DNA of 64,000 nt, taken from NCBI GenBank assembly GCA_965231105.1, contig OZ246417.1, positions 164,094 to 228,093 on the forward strand, written 5' to 3'. Within the stretch, counting starts at the first letter, position 1. Every line of letters starts with the position of its first letter. The DNA is from an uncultured Candidatus Saccharibacteria bacterium (GTDB lineage: Bacteria; Patescibacteriota; Saccharimonadia; Saccharimonadales; JACDBH01). The notes beneath the pieces were generated by a model. That model was given only the letters and a program-made list of their open reading frames with translations. It was not told where the DNA came from and made no database searches. A program made the translations under genes and the position numbers. Below, one piece after another: positions 47,477-55,676 of the stretch.

Positions 47477-48043
47477 ATGACATCGGGGTTTACGGGAAGA
47501 AGACAGGCATACTTTGAAGAACTTCAGAGGCTGTTATTAAGAGAGACTACCCATTCGGGACTGCTACAAACCATTGTCGATGCTCCTTTTAAAGATCCCT
47601 TAAGTGCAACGTATCTTGATCTTGGCATCACGGTACTTCTTCTTGTAGATGAAGCAGGCACCACCATAAAACGTGTGGCACTATCCAATACCGAACATGC
47701 CGCTGGCTCCGTAAGGACTTCTGAAAAACCATTTCATGCCATAGAAATCCCACTGAGTGATAAAAAGAATATCATTGCACATGCAATTAAATCGGGCGTG
47801 TATCAAAGAACGGAAGACTGGAAAGATCTGTTTGTTCCTGCGCTCACGCCAGAATCGGCTCGCTTTAATCAGGCGGGCGCTGGCATTGCCTATAGTATTG
47901 TGCAGCCACTTAATCTAAAGCCGCACCCCGGTGCAATGATTTTTAGCTTCTATAAGTTTCGCAATGAAGACGTGGAAATCCTTGATTTTACGAAGCAGTA
48001 TGCTCGTCTGGTCGAACAGGCGCTTCAGCCGCCTGTTGTGTAA
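47477..48043 (+). CDS. Hypothetical protein (188 aa)
   Basis: ORF downstream of the extended -10 TGtTATAGT (47460-47468). No family recognised. Confidence 0.45.
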   Translation: MTSGFTGRRQAYFEELQRLLLRETTHSGLLQTIVDAPFKDPLSATYLDLGITVLLLVDEAGTTIKRVALSNTEHAAGSVRTSEKPFHAIEIPLSDKKNIIAHAIKSGVYQRTEDWKDLFVPALTPESARFNQAGAGIAYSIVQPLNLKPHPGAMIFSFYKFRNEDVEILDFTKQYARLVEQALQPPVV

Positions 48044-49286
48044 GTAAAATACCTGCGTTTGCCCATAATCGGCGGCTCAGATCACTGTTACCGAATTGCA
48101 TTGCATTGCAGCTTCCATCTTCCCATCGAATAAGTTCCTGAAAACCTTTTTCTCGCTCCTCGTCGGAAGAAAGATCGATCGCAACAGTTCGGTATTTATA
48201 CTTCTCATCAAGTTGATCATGAAAATCGAGCTCAAATGGATCCTCCTCATTAATACTGAGATAATCTTGAACCACAAGTAGACCCCGATCGGGGTGTATG
48301 CGCTTGAGACCGTTTTTAAACATTCGTATCCGCTGCTCTTCCTTCATCTGATAAAGAACGGTTGAGTAAAAGACAATGTCATAGACAGTTTGGCCGGTGT
48401 GGCGATGATGAAGTTCAGGCGGAGTGTCTCTCGCGAAGTCGCCTTGTTCTATGATGACACCCGGTATATCAGGCTCCAGCTCATAGTAAAGACGCACGCG
48501 TTCCGGATCCTTAAGATCGATGGGACGTAAGTAATTACTCTTAAACCATTCAGTTCTTAAGGCATCTCGCTGCAGAATAGGCCATTTTTCAATGCCATGA
48601 AAGGTACCCACATCAGGGAGTGGCACGTGTAGAAGATCATTAACACGTGTAGTATTAAGTTCGTCATTGTCTGTACCATGGACTGCAATGTGTCCTACGG
48701 GCATACCAAGGGCAAGCATTTTAAGTCCATCCCCCCTGCTCGGACCAACATCCAAAATATTAAGCGGTCCCTGAAATCGCTCACGACATAAGTGTCCGAG
48801 CCACTGCAGCGTCGCATAGCGTTTTGGTTTTGTTGTCTGAAGTTCAAAGATCTTCATTGGGTAGGAATAATCATCAAGCCCATCGATTGTCTGGTTAAAT
48901 GGGCGATGCGTATTCCAAATTCGTCGTAAGTATTCGTCCCAAGTCTCTGGGCTCTCATCAGCCTCCCCATAGCTGAGGCCTTGTGCGCTCAATTCTTTGA
49001 TCCTGCCCTGATGCGCGGCTGTGCGGCTCATGTGGGCTGCCGCCCAGGTTGGTAAGTGTTCTTCAGGTAATCTCACGAGTCTATCCTGGAAATAATCCAC
49101 AAAGCGATCACGCACCGATGGCTCGGGTAATAAGTGGGCTATTGCGAGTGAACAGGCCGCCATGACTTTGTCGCCGGCTGGTGGATGCAAAAGTTCTTGC
49201 CGGAGCATTTCAACATGTGTTTCTGGTGAAGGCTCAACAGGCTGATCAGTGCGTATATCAAGGCGTGGCTTCATATCCCCTAACAT
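47988..49286 (-). CDS. Putative SAM-dependent methyltransferase-like protein (432 aa)
   Basis: LNILDVGPSRGDG resembles SAM-binding motif I. The remainder is unrecognised. The 3' end overlaps the convergent gene by 56 nt. Confidence 0.45.
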   Translation of the reverse strand: MLGDMKPRLDIRTDQPVEPSPETHVEMLRQELLHPPAGDKVMAACSLAIAHLLPEPSVRDRFVDYFQDRLVRLPEEHLPTWAAAHMSRTAAHQGRIKELSAQGLSYGEADESPETWDEYLRRIWNTHRPFNQTIDGLDDYSYPMKIFELQTTKPKRYATLQWLGHLCRERFQGPLNILDVGPSRGDGLKMLALGMPVGHIAVHGTDNDELNTTRVNDLLHVPLPDVGTFHGIEKWPILQRDALRTEWFKSNYLRPIDLKDPERVRLYYELEPDIPGVIIEQGDFARDTPPELHHRHTGQTVYDIVFYSTVLYQMKEEQRIRMFKNGLKRIHPDRGLLVVQDYLSINEEDPFELDFHDQLDEKYKYRTVAIDLSSDEEREKGFQELIRWEDGSCNAMQFGNSDLSRRLWANAGILLTQQAAEAPVRPDEHTAS

Positions 49287-49386
49287 AACAAAAAATTTAG
49301 CTTCGCAAAATATTTTTAAGATGTAATAAATATTGCAGCTTAAGCACGTTCCTCTTTACTAAGATAAAAGAAGTAAAGGAGGATAC

Positions 49387-49611
49387 ATGGATAGTAGTTC
49401 TTTTTCCCTACATGATGACCCAATCTTAAATGAGGATCGAGCGGAAGAAGATCTTCTCCTGCGCCGCAGGGGCTATGATCCGGGTGAGCTCAGCGAAGAA
49501 GAGCGCTCAGACCTTGTTGATGACATACGAGGTGACGCGGTATCGGGTGATGACGATGATGATCAATTGAGTGATGTGCTTCCTCCTGAGGAAGCGGACG
49601 GCAATGATTAA
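49387..49611 (+). CDS. Highly acidic small protein (74 aa)
   Basis: AAGGAGG SD at 49376-49382. Asp/Glu-rich, low-complexity sequence. Confidence 0.45.
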   Translation: MDSSSFSLHDDPILNEDRAEEDLLLRRRGYDPGELSEEERSDLVDDIRGDAVSGDDDDDQLSDVLPPEEADGND

Positions 49612-49622
49612 AGGAGGTTACT

Positions 49623-49799
49623 ATGAACAAATACAGTAAAGAAACGCAAGAAAAAGTACATGACGTTATGGAAGAATTTAAAGAAGGTAAGCTGAAAAGC
49701 GGACGTTCAGGCAAAAAGGTTACTGACCGTAAGCAAGCAATTGCAATTGGACTCTCCGAAGCGCGTGAGAGTGGTGCACGTGTACCGAAGCATAAATAA
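49623..49799 (+). CDS. Small basic protein (58 aa), DUF6496-like
   Basis: Not in the ORF track (under 60 aa). AAGGAGG SD at 49611-49617. Translation is MNKYSKETQEKVHDVMEEFKEGKLKSGRSGKKVTDRKQAIAIGLSEARESGARVPKHK. The KxVTxRKQAIAIGLSEAR block recalls a widespread small conserved family. Confidence 0.55.
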   Translation: MNKYSKETQEKVHDVMEEFKEGKLKSGRSGKKVTDRKQAIAIGLSEARESGARVPKHK

Positions 49800-49878
49800 G
49801 TTTGTGAGATAACTCACAGCTCCCCCGATAAAACCTCAGTACGCTAAAACTGATCTTTGCTAACTATGTGCGGACAGT

Positions 49879-51666
49879 ATGTTTATAATTCCAAGTAAAT
49901 TACGTTCTTCCGAAAAAAACATTTATGTTGATCCGCTCTTGCCGGCTGTGCTGGTATTCGTTGCGTTCATGATTATTATTAGCTTGAGCTGGCGTACTGC
50001 ACGCAATGACGTCGTGCTGGAGCGTGCTAATACTGTTGCTGACAAAGCAGCCTTTATTGAAAGTACACTTGCACAACGGTTCAGCCTTTACGAAGATACC
50101 CTTCGTTCGGCCGCAGCATTATTTGGAGCCTCAGACAGCGTTACTCGTGATGAATGGACGGGATTTGTGACTTCACTGAAGCTGAATGAGCGCTATCCCG
50201 GCATACGAGGACTTGGGTATATAAAGCTTGTTTCACCTGCAGAAAAGACCGCCGCAGAAAACACTGCACGTAGCGAGGGTGTCGCCAATTTTACGATATT
50301 TCCTGAAGGAGGCAGAGAGCAGTATGCACCGCTTTATTATGTTGTCCCGCTTCAAAGCGATCAGTACACGGACCGCACTGCGCCTGCACTCGGATTTGAT
50401 ATGTATAGCGACCCAGAGCGGCGTGAGACGATGGAGCTAGCCATGACAACGGGACAGCCGACGCTCAGTGATGTTGTTGACCTAGTTCAAGACGGCCCAC
50501 CCCTACAGGGTTTTCTTCTGTATGCGCCGTTATATAGAAAAAACATGCCTGTTACTACCCTCGAAGAACGAGAGGCAGCAATAGAAGGCTATTTTTACGC
50601 AGCCTTTATTGCCGATGATATCTTTCGTAATTTATTTGGAGCTCCTGAACAAGCTTTTAATTTCAGTATTCATGACGGCCCGCCAGAAAACAGTAACTTA
50701 CTTTTTGCGAGCAACAAAGAAGCTCGTGCTGAATTTAGGGAAGAACGTCGTAATCCCCTCAATATGTACGAGCAAGATTGGACTATCGTTTATCACACAA
50801 CGAATGAGATCGTACCCATTGCTATTAGAACACGACCTTTCAGTGTCGCGACAGGCGGTACCATCTTCTCGGCTGTTTTAGCGGCCCTCATCTATCTACT
50901 CATTCAGCGTCGCACACGCTCACTTGCGTATGCAGAACAAAAGGAACTTGAAGCTGCCAAGGATGAGCTCTTATCGCTTGCCTCTCATCAGCTTCGTACC
51001 CCAGCGACAGCCGTAAAGCAGTACGTCTCAATGGTAAAAGAAGGCTTTGCCGGTCGTATTTCAGAGGAGCAACAGAGACTACTCCAAATGGCCTACGAAA
51101 GTAATGAGCGACAGCTCACTATTGTTGATGATTTGCTGTATGTTGCACGTGTTGATTCGGGACAGGCAACGTTAAAGATTGAACGAGTTGAACTTACGAA
51201 GATGCTTCGTTCAGTCTATGAAGATCAAAAATCAGTTATCAAAGAGCGCTCACAAAAAGTAGTATTGAGTGGGCTTCAGAAGAAGGTTTATATCGAGGCT
51301 GATCCCCATTACCTACGAATGATATTTGAAAATCTTTTAAGTAACGCGTCTAAGTATTCTCACCCAAAAACAAAAATCATTGTAGATCTCAAGGGCCTGA
51401 GAACGACCGTTGCGGTTACCGTTACTGACAGCGGTGTAGGTATTAGTCCTGAGAATTTTCCGGATGTGTTCCAGAAGTTTAGTCGTATACCTAACGAACT
51501 CACGAGACAAACTGCTGGTAGCGGCATTGGTCTCTATCTCTCTAAGCAACTTGCCCTTCTTCACGGCGGTGATATAACACTTATCTCGGTAGAGGATAAG
51601 GGGTCCAGTTTTACGGTTACGCTGCCGCGTCGTCAGAAAAAAGAGGCGAAAACCTCTAAAAAGTAA
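49879..51666 (+). CDS. Sensor histidine kinase with extracytoplasmic CHASE-like domain
   Basis: Two TM segments flank a YPGIRGLGYIK-containing sensor domain. H-box LASHQLRTPATAV. N/G boxes NLLSNASKY and GSGIGLYLSK. Confidence 0.85.
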   Translation: MFIIPSKLRSSEKNIYVDPLLPAVLVFVAFMIIISLSWRTARNDVVLERANTVADKAAFIESTLAQRFSLYEDTLRSAAALFGASDSVTRDEWTGFVTSLKLNERYPGIRGLGYIKLVSPAEKTAAENTARSEGVANFTIFPEGGREQYAPLYYVVPLQSDQYTDRTAPALGFDMYSDPERRETMELAMTTGQPTLSDVVDLVQDGPPLQGFLLYAPLYRKNMPVTTLEEREAAIEGYFYAAFIADDIFRNLFGAPEQAFNFSIHDGPPENSNLLFASNKEARAEFREERRNPLNMYEQDWTIVYHTTNEIVPIAIRTRPFSVATGGTIFSAVLAALIYLLIQRRTRSLAYAEQKELEAAKDELLSLASHQLRTPATAVKQYVSMVKEGFAGRISEEQQRLLQMAYESNERQLTIVDDLLYVARVDSGQATLKIERVELTKMLRSVYEDQKSVIKERSQKVVLSGLQKKVYIEADPHYLRMIFENLLSNASKYSHPKTKIIVDLKGLRTTVAVTVTDSGVGISPENFPDVFQKFSRIPNELTRQTAGSGIGLYLSKQLALLHGGDITLISVEDKGSSFTVTLPRRQKKEAKTSKK

Positions 51667-51731
51667 GAAATATTACAGATGTCGTACCTCTGTTCATCTT
51701 ACAGTATGAACCATAGTAACCAAGGAATAGC

Positions 51732-52097
51732 ATGGCAAAAGTACTTATTGCCGAAGATGAAAAAGCGCTGAATCAGGCCTATGAAATGATACTGAAGCGT
51801 GCCGGTCACACAGTGAAATGTGCATTTGATGGTCAGGAGGCTTTAAAGATTGCTGAAGACTTTGAGCCAGATCTTATCTTACTCGATCTTCGTATGCCTT
51901 CTACGAGTGGCCTCGAGTTCTTGGAACGTTATAAGTTACCCATTAATCATCCAAAGGTAAAGGTTATCGTGTTTAGCAACCTTGATATGCAAAAAGAAAT
52001 CGATACTGCGTTTGCGCTGGGTGCTTCTAAGTACATGCTCAAATCATGGGCTTCGCCCGATGAGCTGGTGACGATGGTCGAAAAAGAACTAAAATAA
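51732..52097 (+). CDS. Single-domain response regulator (receiver only)
   Basis: KVLIAEDE, LILLDLRMP and KYMLKS receiver motifs. No output domain. Confidence 0.88.
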   Translation: MAKVLIAEDEKALNQAYEMILKRAGHTVKCAFDGQEALKIAEDFEPDLILLDLRMPSTSGLEFLERYKLPINHPKVKVIVFSNLDMQKEIDTAFALGASKYMLKSWASPDELVTMVEKELK

Positions 52098-52101
52098 TTT
52101 T

Positions 52102-52752
52102 CTAGAGTTCAAGTTGCCGCAAACTATCTTCATTCAGTACGCTTAAGAGCTTTTCGCGCTTAATAAGATAGCGCTGATTTTGATATGATAACACCTTTGC
52201 TTTTTGCAGAGCGTGAAGTTCTATGGCAGTTGTTTCGCGGGTAACTCCCACCAGTTCGGCAATGTCTTGATGCTTTAATTTCAATTCAAGCCTAAAGACA
52301 CCCGGGATAATCTCGCGAGCGTGGCGCAGAATAAGATACAGAAGCGTGTAAACAATTTTATCGCGTGCTTTGGGCTGTTCGAGTGCGGCTATACGCACCA
52401 GCGAGGACTGGTAGTTACGAGCGAGGTATTGAGAGAATTGCTCCCTTGCCTTCTGATTAGAAAGCGTCGTATCCCACGACTCTTTAGAAAGTGGTACGAG
52501 GTCGGTGTCACTAAAAGCCTCGTAATAATACATGGCTGGAGTCGATTGTCCGATTAGCCAGGCAATGGGAAAAATGTCACCGGGTGTACAAAAAGTAATG
52601 GTACGGCTTTCCCCTCCGTTGCCTATTTGGTAGACCTTCACGACACCTTCTTTTACATAATACCCATCGCGCGGCACCTCACCCTGATAAACGATAATAC
52701 TTGATTTACCGTAATGCCGTGCGTTTGCGCTGTCCGAAATTACACCATCCAT
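52102..52752 (-). CDS. Crp/Fnr family transcriptional regulator
   Basis: An N-terminal cNMP-binding-like beta-barrel is followed by the C-terminal HTH QDIAELVGVTRETTAIELHALQ. Confidence 0.8.
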   Translation of the reverse strand: MDGVISDSANARHYGKSSIIVYQGEVPRDGYYVKEGVVKVYQIGNGGESRTITFCTPGDIFPIAWLIGQSTPAMYYYEAFSDTDLVPLSKESWDTTLSNQKAREQFSQYLARNYQSSLVRIAALEQPKARDKIVYTLLYLILRHAREIIPGVFRLELKLKHQDIAELVGVTRETTAIELHALQKAKVLSYQNQRYLIKREKLLSVLNEDSLRQLEL

Positions 52753-52787
52753 ATACCTTTCATTATATCCTTAGCTCACTCCTATCG

Positions 52788-52803
52788 TGTAACTTTTCTC
52801 ACT
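52788..52803. promoter_or_regulatory. Candidate Crp-family operator TGTAA-N6-TCACT
   Basis: TGTAACTTTTCTCACT matches 4/5 plus 4/5 of TGTGA-N6-TCACA. It sits 36 nt upstream of the crp-like start, in the divergent intergenic region. Confidence 0.35.
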
Positions 52804-52928
52804 TTCAGTCTGCGTAGCTCTTTACAGATTCTCCTTGCGGAGTTGTCTATGATGGTTCTATCGCCTGATGGAGGCATCGGACCTTAACAAATTAGAAGGT
52901 CTACTTTTTAAAAAGAAAGGAGTTTAAA

Positions 52929-53012
52929 ATGCCTGCACCAATTAATCAAGAAGATTTGGAAGTTCGAATTCATGAGTTCTTAGAGAAAAAGTTCGAAAAG
53001 TTCGATATATAG
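52929..53012 (+). CDS. Candidate micro-ORF (27 aa)
   Basis: AAAGGAG SD 6 nt upstream of the ATG. Translation is MPAPINQEDLEVRIHEFLEKKFEKFDI. It ends 13 nt before the next gene, which has no SD. Confidence 0.3.
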   Translation: MPAPINQEDLEVRIHEFLEKKFEKFDI

Positions 53013-53025
53013 ATAAACGTACACC

Positions 53026-53286
53026 ATGCTTGAGATTATTACCTGGATAATGTTTGGAGCGCTTGTTGGCTGGATAGCTTCACTTATTACCAGGTCCCAC
53101 ATTCAATTAGAGATTAAACAGCACATTTATACCGGTATTGTAGGAGCAATTGTGGGGGGTATGGTGATAAAGATTTTTGATACTGTCACCACACCACGTT
53201 CCCAGCTTATCGCTGCAATAGCAGCCTTATTGGGATCGATTATATTCACCGTACTTTTTCGTGTCGCACGGAAGCATATTAATTAA
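53026..53286 (+). CDS. GlsB/YeaQ/YmgE family (transglycosylase-associated) stress membrane protein
   Basis: An 86-aa protein with IITWIMFGALVGWIASLI and GIVGAIVGGMV glycine-zipper helices. Confidence 0.75.
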   Translation: MLEIITWIMFGALVGWIASLITRSHIQLEIKQHIYTGIVGAIVGGMVIKIFDTVTTPRSQLIAAIAALLGSIIFTVLFRVARKHIN

Positions 53287-53297
53287 GGGAGGGGTTT

Positions 53298-53444
53298 ATG
53301 AGTCGCACATACGCACACAAACCTGATATAAAACGTAAAAACCGTTCGCGTGGTATGCAAAATGATAAACGAGTAGTCTTAACGGACTATGAAATAGAGT
53401 TTATCGAAATGCGGCTTGGTCCAACCATTCGATTGCAATCGTAA
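53298..53444 (+). CDS. Candidate small basic protein (48 aa)
   Basis: Not in the ORF track. GGGAGGGG SD upstream. Translation is MSRTYAHKPDIKRKNRSRGMQNDKRVVLTDYEIEFIEMRLGPTIRLQS. A terminator follows. Confidence 0.4.
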   Translation: MSRTYAHKPDIKRKNRSRGMQNDKRVVLTDYEIEFIEMRLGPTIRLQS

Positions 53445-53455
53445 TACATAAACTA

Positions 53456-53486
53456 ATCACCCGCTCGTAACAGGCGGGTGATTTTT
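53456..53486 (+). terminator. Rho-independent terminator
   Basis: ATCACCCGC (53456-53464) pairs with GCGGGTGAT (53474-53482). The 9-nt loop is followed by a T-run. Confidence 0.7.
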
Positions 53487-53487
53487 A

Positions 53488-55068
53488 TTATGGTGCGACT
53501 AAAACTTCACGCCATGAAAGGAAGTTGTAGCTACTCGTAATAGGGAAACTAGGCGGTGGTGCATATAAGAGATTGTAGTCGTACTCGGTTGTATTGTGCT
53601 TAAAGCCAGAAATATAGTTACCTGAACCTGCATCGTAGGTATTATCGCCACAGCTACTGCCCCAAAGCCAGGACCAGGTCCATGTTTGCCGTACGGCGAT
53701 CGAGCCATAGAAGTATAGTTGCTGGTTTGGGTTTACCCACCCACGGGTACACGTGCCGCTACTAAAACTATAATTTGAGGGATACACCACATCATCGGTC
53801 TGAGCGATAACGGCAGCATTAATCTCAAGCGTAAAGGCGCCACTTGCTGGAGGAGCATACGGCGCAACAATAAATGAATCTTCTGCAATAAGCCCTATCG
53901 CATCACTGCCATCTTTGGCGCTGTACACAATGTCGTCAGCGGCAACAATATTGGTTGCGACAGATGTCGCGAGACGACCCGAGGCAATGGTGAGACGCCC
54001 GTGGTAAGTTGGGTTTGTGCGAACCCATACATTGTCTTCGGCGAAAATCACGCCGCTTGCTGGCGGGGTAATCCCGGTTGCAACCAACTGCTCGTTAAGC
54101 GCGTTAAGATAATTGCTCTGCGTATCATTTTCATTATTCACTGTATAAAGATCATAGGTACCATTTGGATTAAGTAAGATAAGGTATCCACGCGAACTGT
54201 TCGCGCTCGAACTGCGCTGCGGCAAATACGCACTTGTTCGGGTGCTTGGGGTTTGAGAGCATGCGTTTGAAAGATTAGCAAGTGAAGATGTTGCAGCATC
54301 TGAGCTAAAGGCTAGCTTCTTAATGGTACACAACGCTCCACTGAGCTGGTTAAAGTCTACGAGGGGCGTTGGATAGCGCCAGTCTGTTTTTGGTCGGGTG
54401 TTACAGTTTACTGGGGTTGTGACGCTGGTATGGCACCATACGCCTGGATGACTTGAGCCGTCACCGCCAACCGAACCTGGCGGCGTGTAAGTAGTATTAG
54501 AGCTCGTTATATCAGAGTTGCTTGATCCGTCCATACGAATACCCTGGTTGGAATGAACGGGACCATCTGCTGCTTCGGTATTGCCAAACCAGAGTGCCGA
54601 GTCGGCGAGAATAGCGTAACTGGCAAAAGAAGGTGCGCCAATCTGAGCCTCAATAGTTCTTTGAATATTGGTGCCGTTAACCTTACCTATCGAACGTACT
54701 TTGGCAACGGTTGAGCCGGTGCCTTGTGGACTAATCCAGAGGGTGTAGGTGCCGGTTGTTTTGGCGTCCGAGTCTACGTAGTTGTGAACGTATGGTCCAT
54801 AGCCTAAAACAGGGTCTGGAGTAGCGGGTGTGCTCTGCCCATCTTTGAAATCGGTTGGGCTATGACTTAAGTGCCATAGATAGTAGTTAATGCCTGCCTC
54901 GGCGATGTTAAAGGCCTGCTGGCTTTTAACGTTACGATCAACAAGGCTAATATTACTATCTATTAGAAGAACTACTGCGCCGGTAATAATAGACAGTGCG
55001 ATCATGAAGCTTAAAATTGTGGGAATAATGAAGCCATCCCGACTGTCAGTAATTCTAAATCTGCTCAT
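53488..55068 (-). CDS. PilX-like pilus-associated protein (526 aa)
   Basis: N-terminal DG/FIIPTILSFMIALSIITGAVVLL hydrophobic segment followed by QQAFNIAEAGINYYLW (PilX_N-like). The rest is a large Ser/Thr/Gly/Asn-rich beta region. Confidence 0.6.
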   Translation of the reverse strand: MSRFRITDSRDGFIIPTILSFMIALSIITGAVVLLIDSNISLVDRNVKSQQAFNIAEAGINYYLWHLSHSPTDFKDGQSTPATPDPVLGYGPYVHNYVDSDAKTTGTYTLWISPQGTGSTVAKVRSIGKVNGTNIQRTIEAQIGAPSFASYAILADSALWFGNTEAADGPVHSNQGIRMDGSSNSDITSSNTTYTPPGSVGGDGSSHPGVWCHTSVTTPVNCNTRPKTDWRYPTPLVDFNQLSGALCTIKKLAFSSDAATSSLANLSNACSQTPSTRTSAYLPQRSSSANSSRGYLILLNPNGTYDLYTVNNENDTQSNYLNALNEQLVATGITPPASGVIFAEDNVWVRTNPTYHGRLTIASGRLATSVATNIVAADDIVYSAKDGSDAIGLIAEDSFIVAPYAPPASGAFTLEINAAVIAQTDDVVYPSNYSFSSGTCTRGWVNPNQQLYFYGSIAVRQTWTWSWLWGSSCGDNTYDAGSGNYISGFKHNTTEYDYNLLYAPPPSFPITSSYNFLSWREVLVAP

Positions 55069-55676
55069 AGGTTTGTCTTTCTATTTCGTAAGGCTACTTC
55101 AACCGTCATCGTGGTATCGCTTGAAGCAACCGGTCGCTTGGATGGAACGGCGAGATTCACTCGTATGATTTTAACAGTATTAAGATCCGGAATTGGCAGC
55201 ACGATTTCCGAGTTTGAGGCGTCATAATAATCAAAGAGATCCAGTCCGGCGATACTGTGAAAATTATTAATAATCGTATATGTCTTTAGTGAGCCGGCCA
55301 CTTCTGTGCCAACTGGAGGGTTAGATGTCATTTGCGTCACATCGGCAAATAGTTTCGTACCCTCTACATTCTTGTAGTAGCGAATCTTTGACACATATGT
55401 ATCATTAGGTGCGAAGTAGGCATAGACGGTAATATCATTCGCATCTGCTGAAACAATACCTGTAAGGCCCCGCATTACGTTGGCGATTCGCTGAGACTGG
55501 GTGGCGAGGTCTCCAAACACAACACTATCTTTATGGAGCGCGAGGTACTGGCTGATGGAAGTATTAAAGAAGCTATAGGCAGCAGTTGAGATAACACCTA
55601 CTACCGCAAAGGTAATAACGAGCTCGATAAGTGTAAAGCCCCTGCTTTGTCTAATAAGTAACTTATGGTGCGACAA
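55065..55676 (-). CDS. Type IV pilin-like protein (prepilin N-terminal cleavage/methylation motif)
   Basis: RG/FTLIELVITFAVVGVISTAA is a canonical G-FTLIE class III signal with Glu+5. Confidence 0.85.
   Translation of the reverse strand: MSHHKLLIRQSRGFTLIELVITFAVVGVISTAAYSFFNTSISQYLALHKDSVVFGDLATQSQRIANVMRGLTGIVSADANDITVYAYFAPNDTYVSKIRYYKNVEGTKLFADVTQMTSNPPVGTEVAGSLKTYTIINNFHSIAGLDLFDYYDASNSEIVLPIPDLNTVKIIRVNLAVPSKRPVASSDTTMTVEVALRNRKTNL

Noticed and set aside
49803-49818. Hairpin TGTGAG-ATAA-CTCACA after the small basic ORF as a terminator
   Set aside because: It is only a 6-bp stem and is followed by GCTCCCCC rather than a U-run. Not convincing as an intrinsic terminator.
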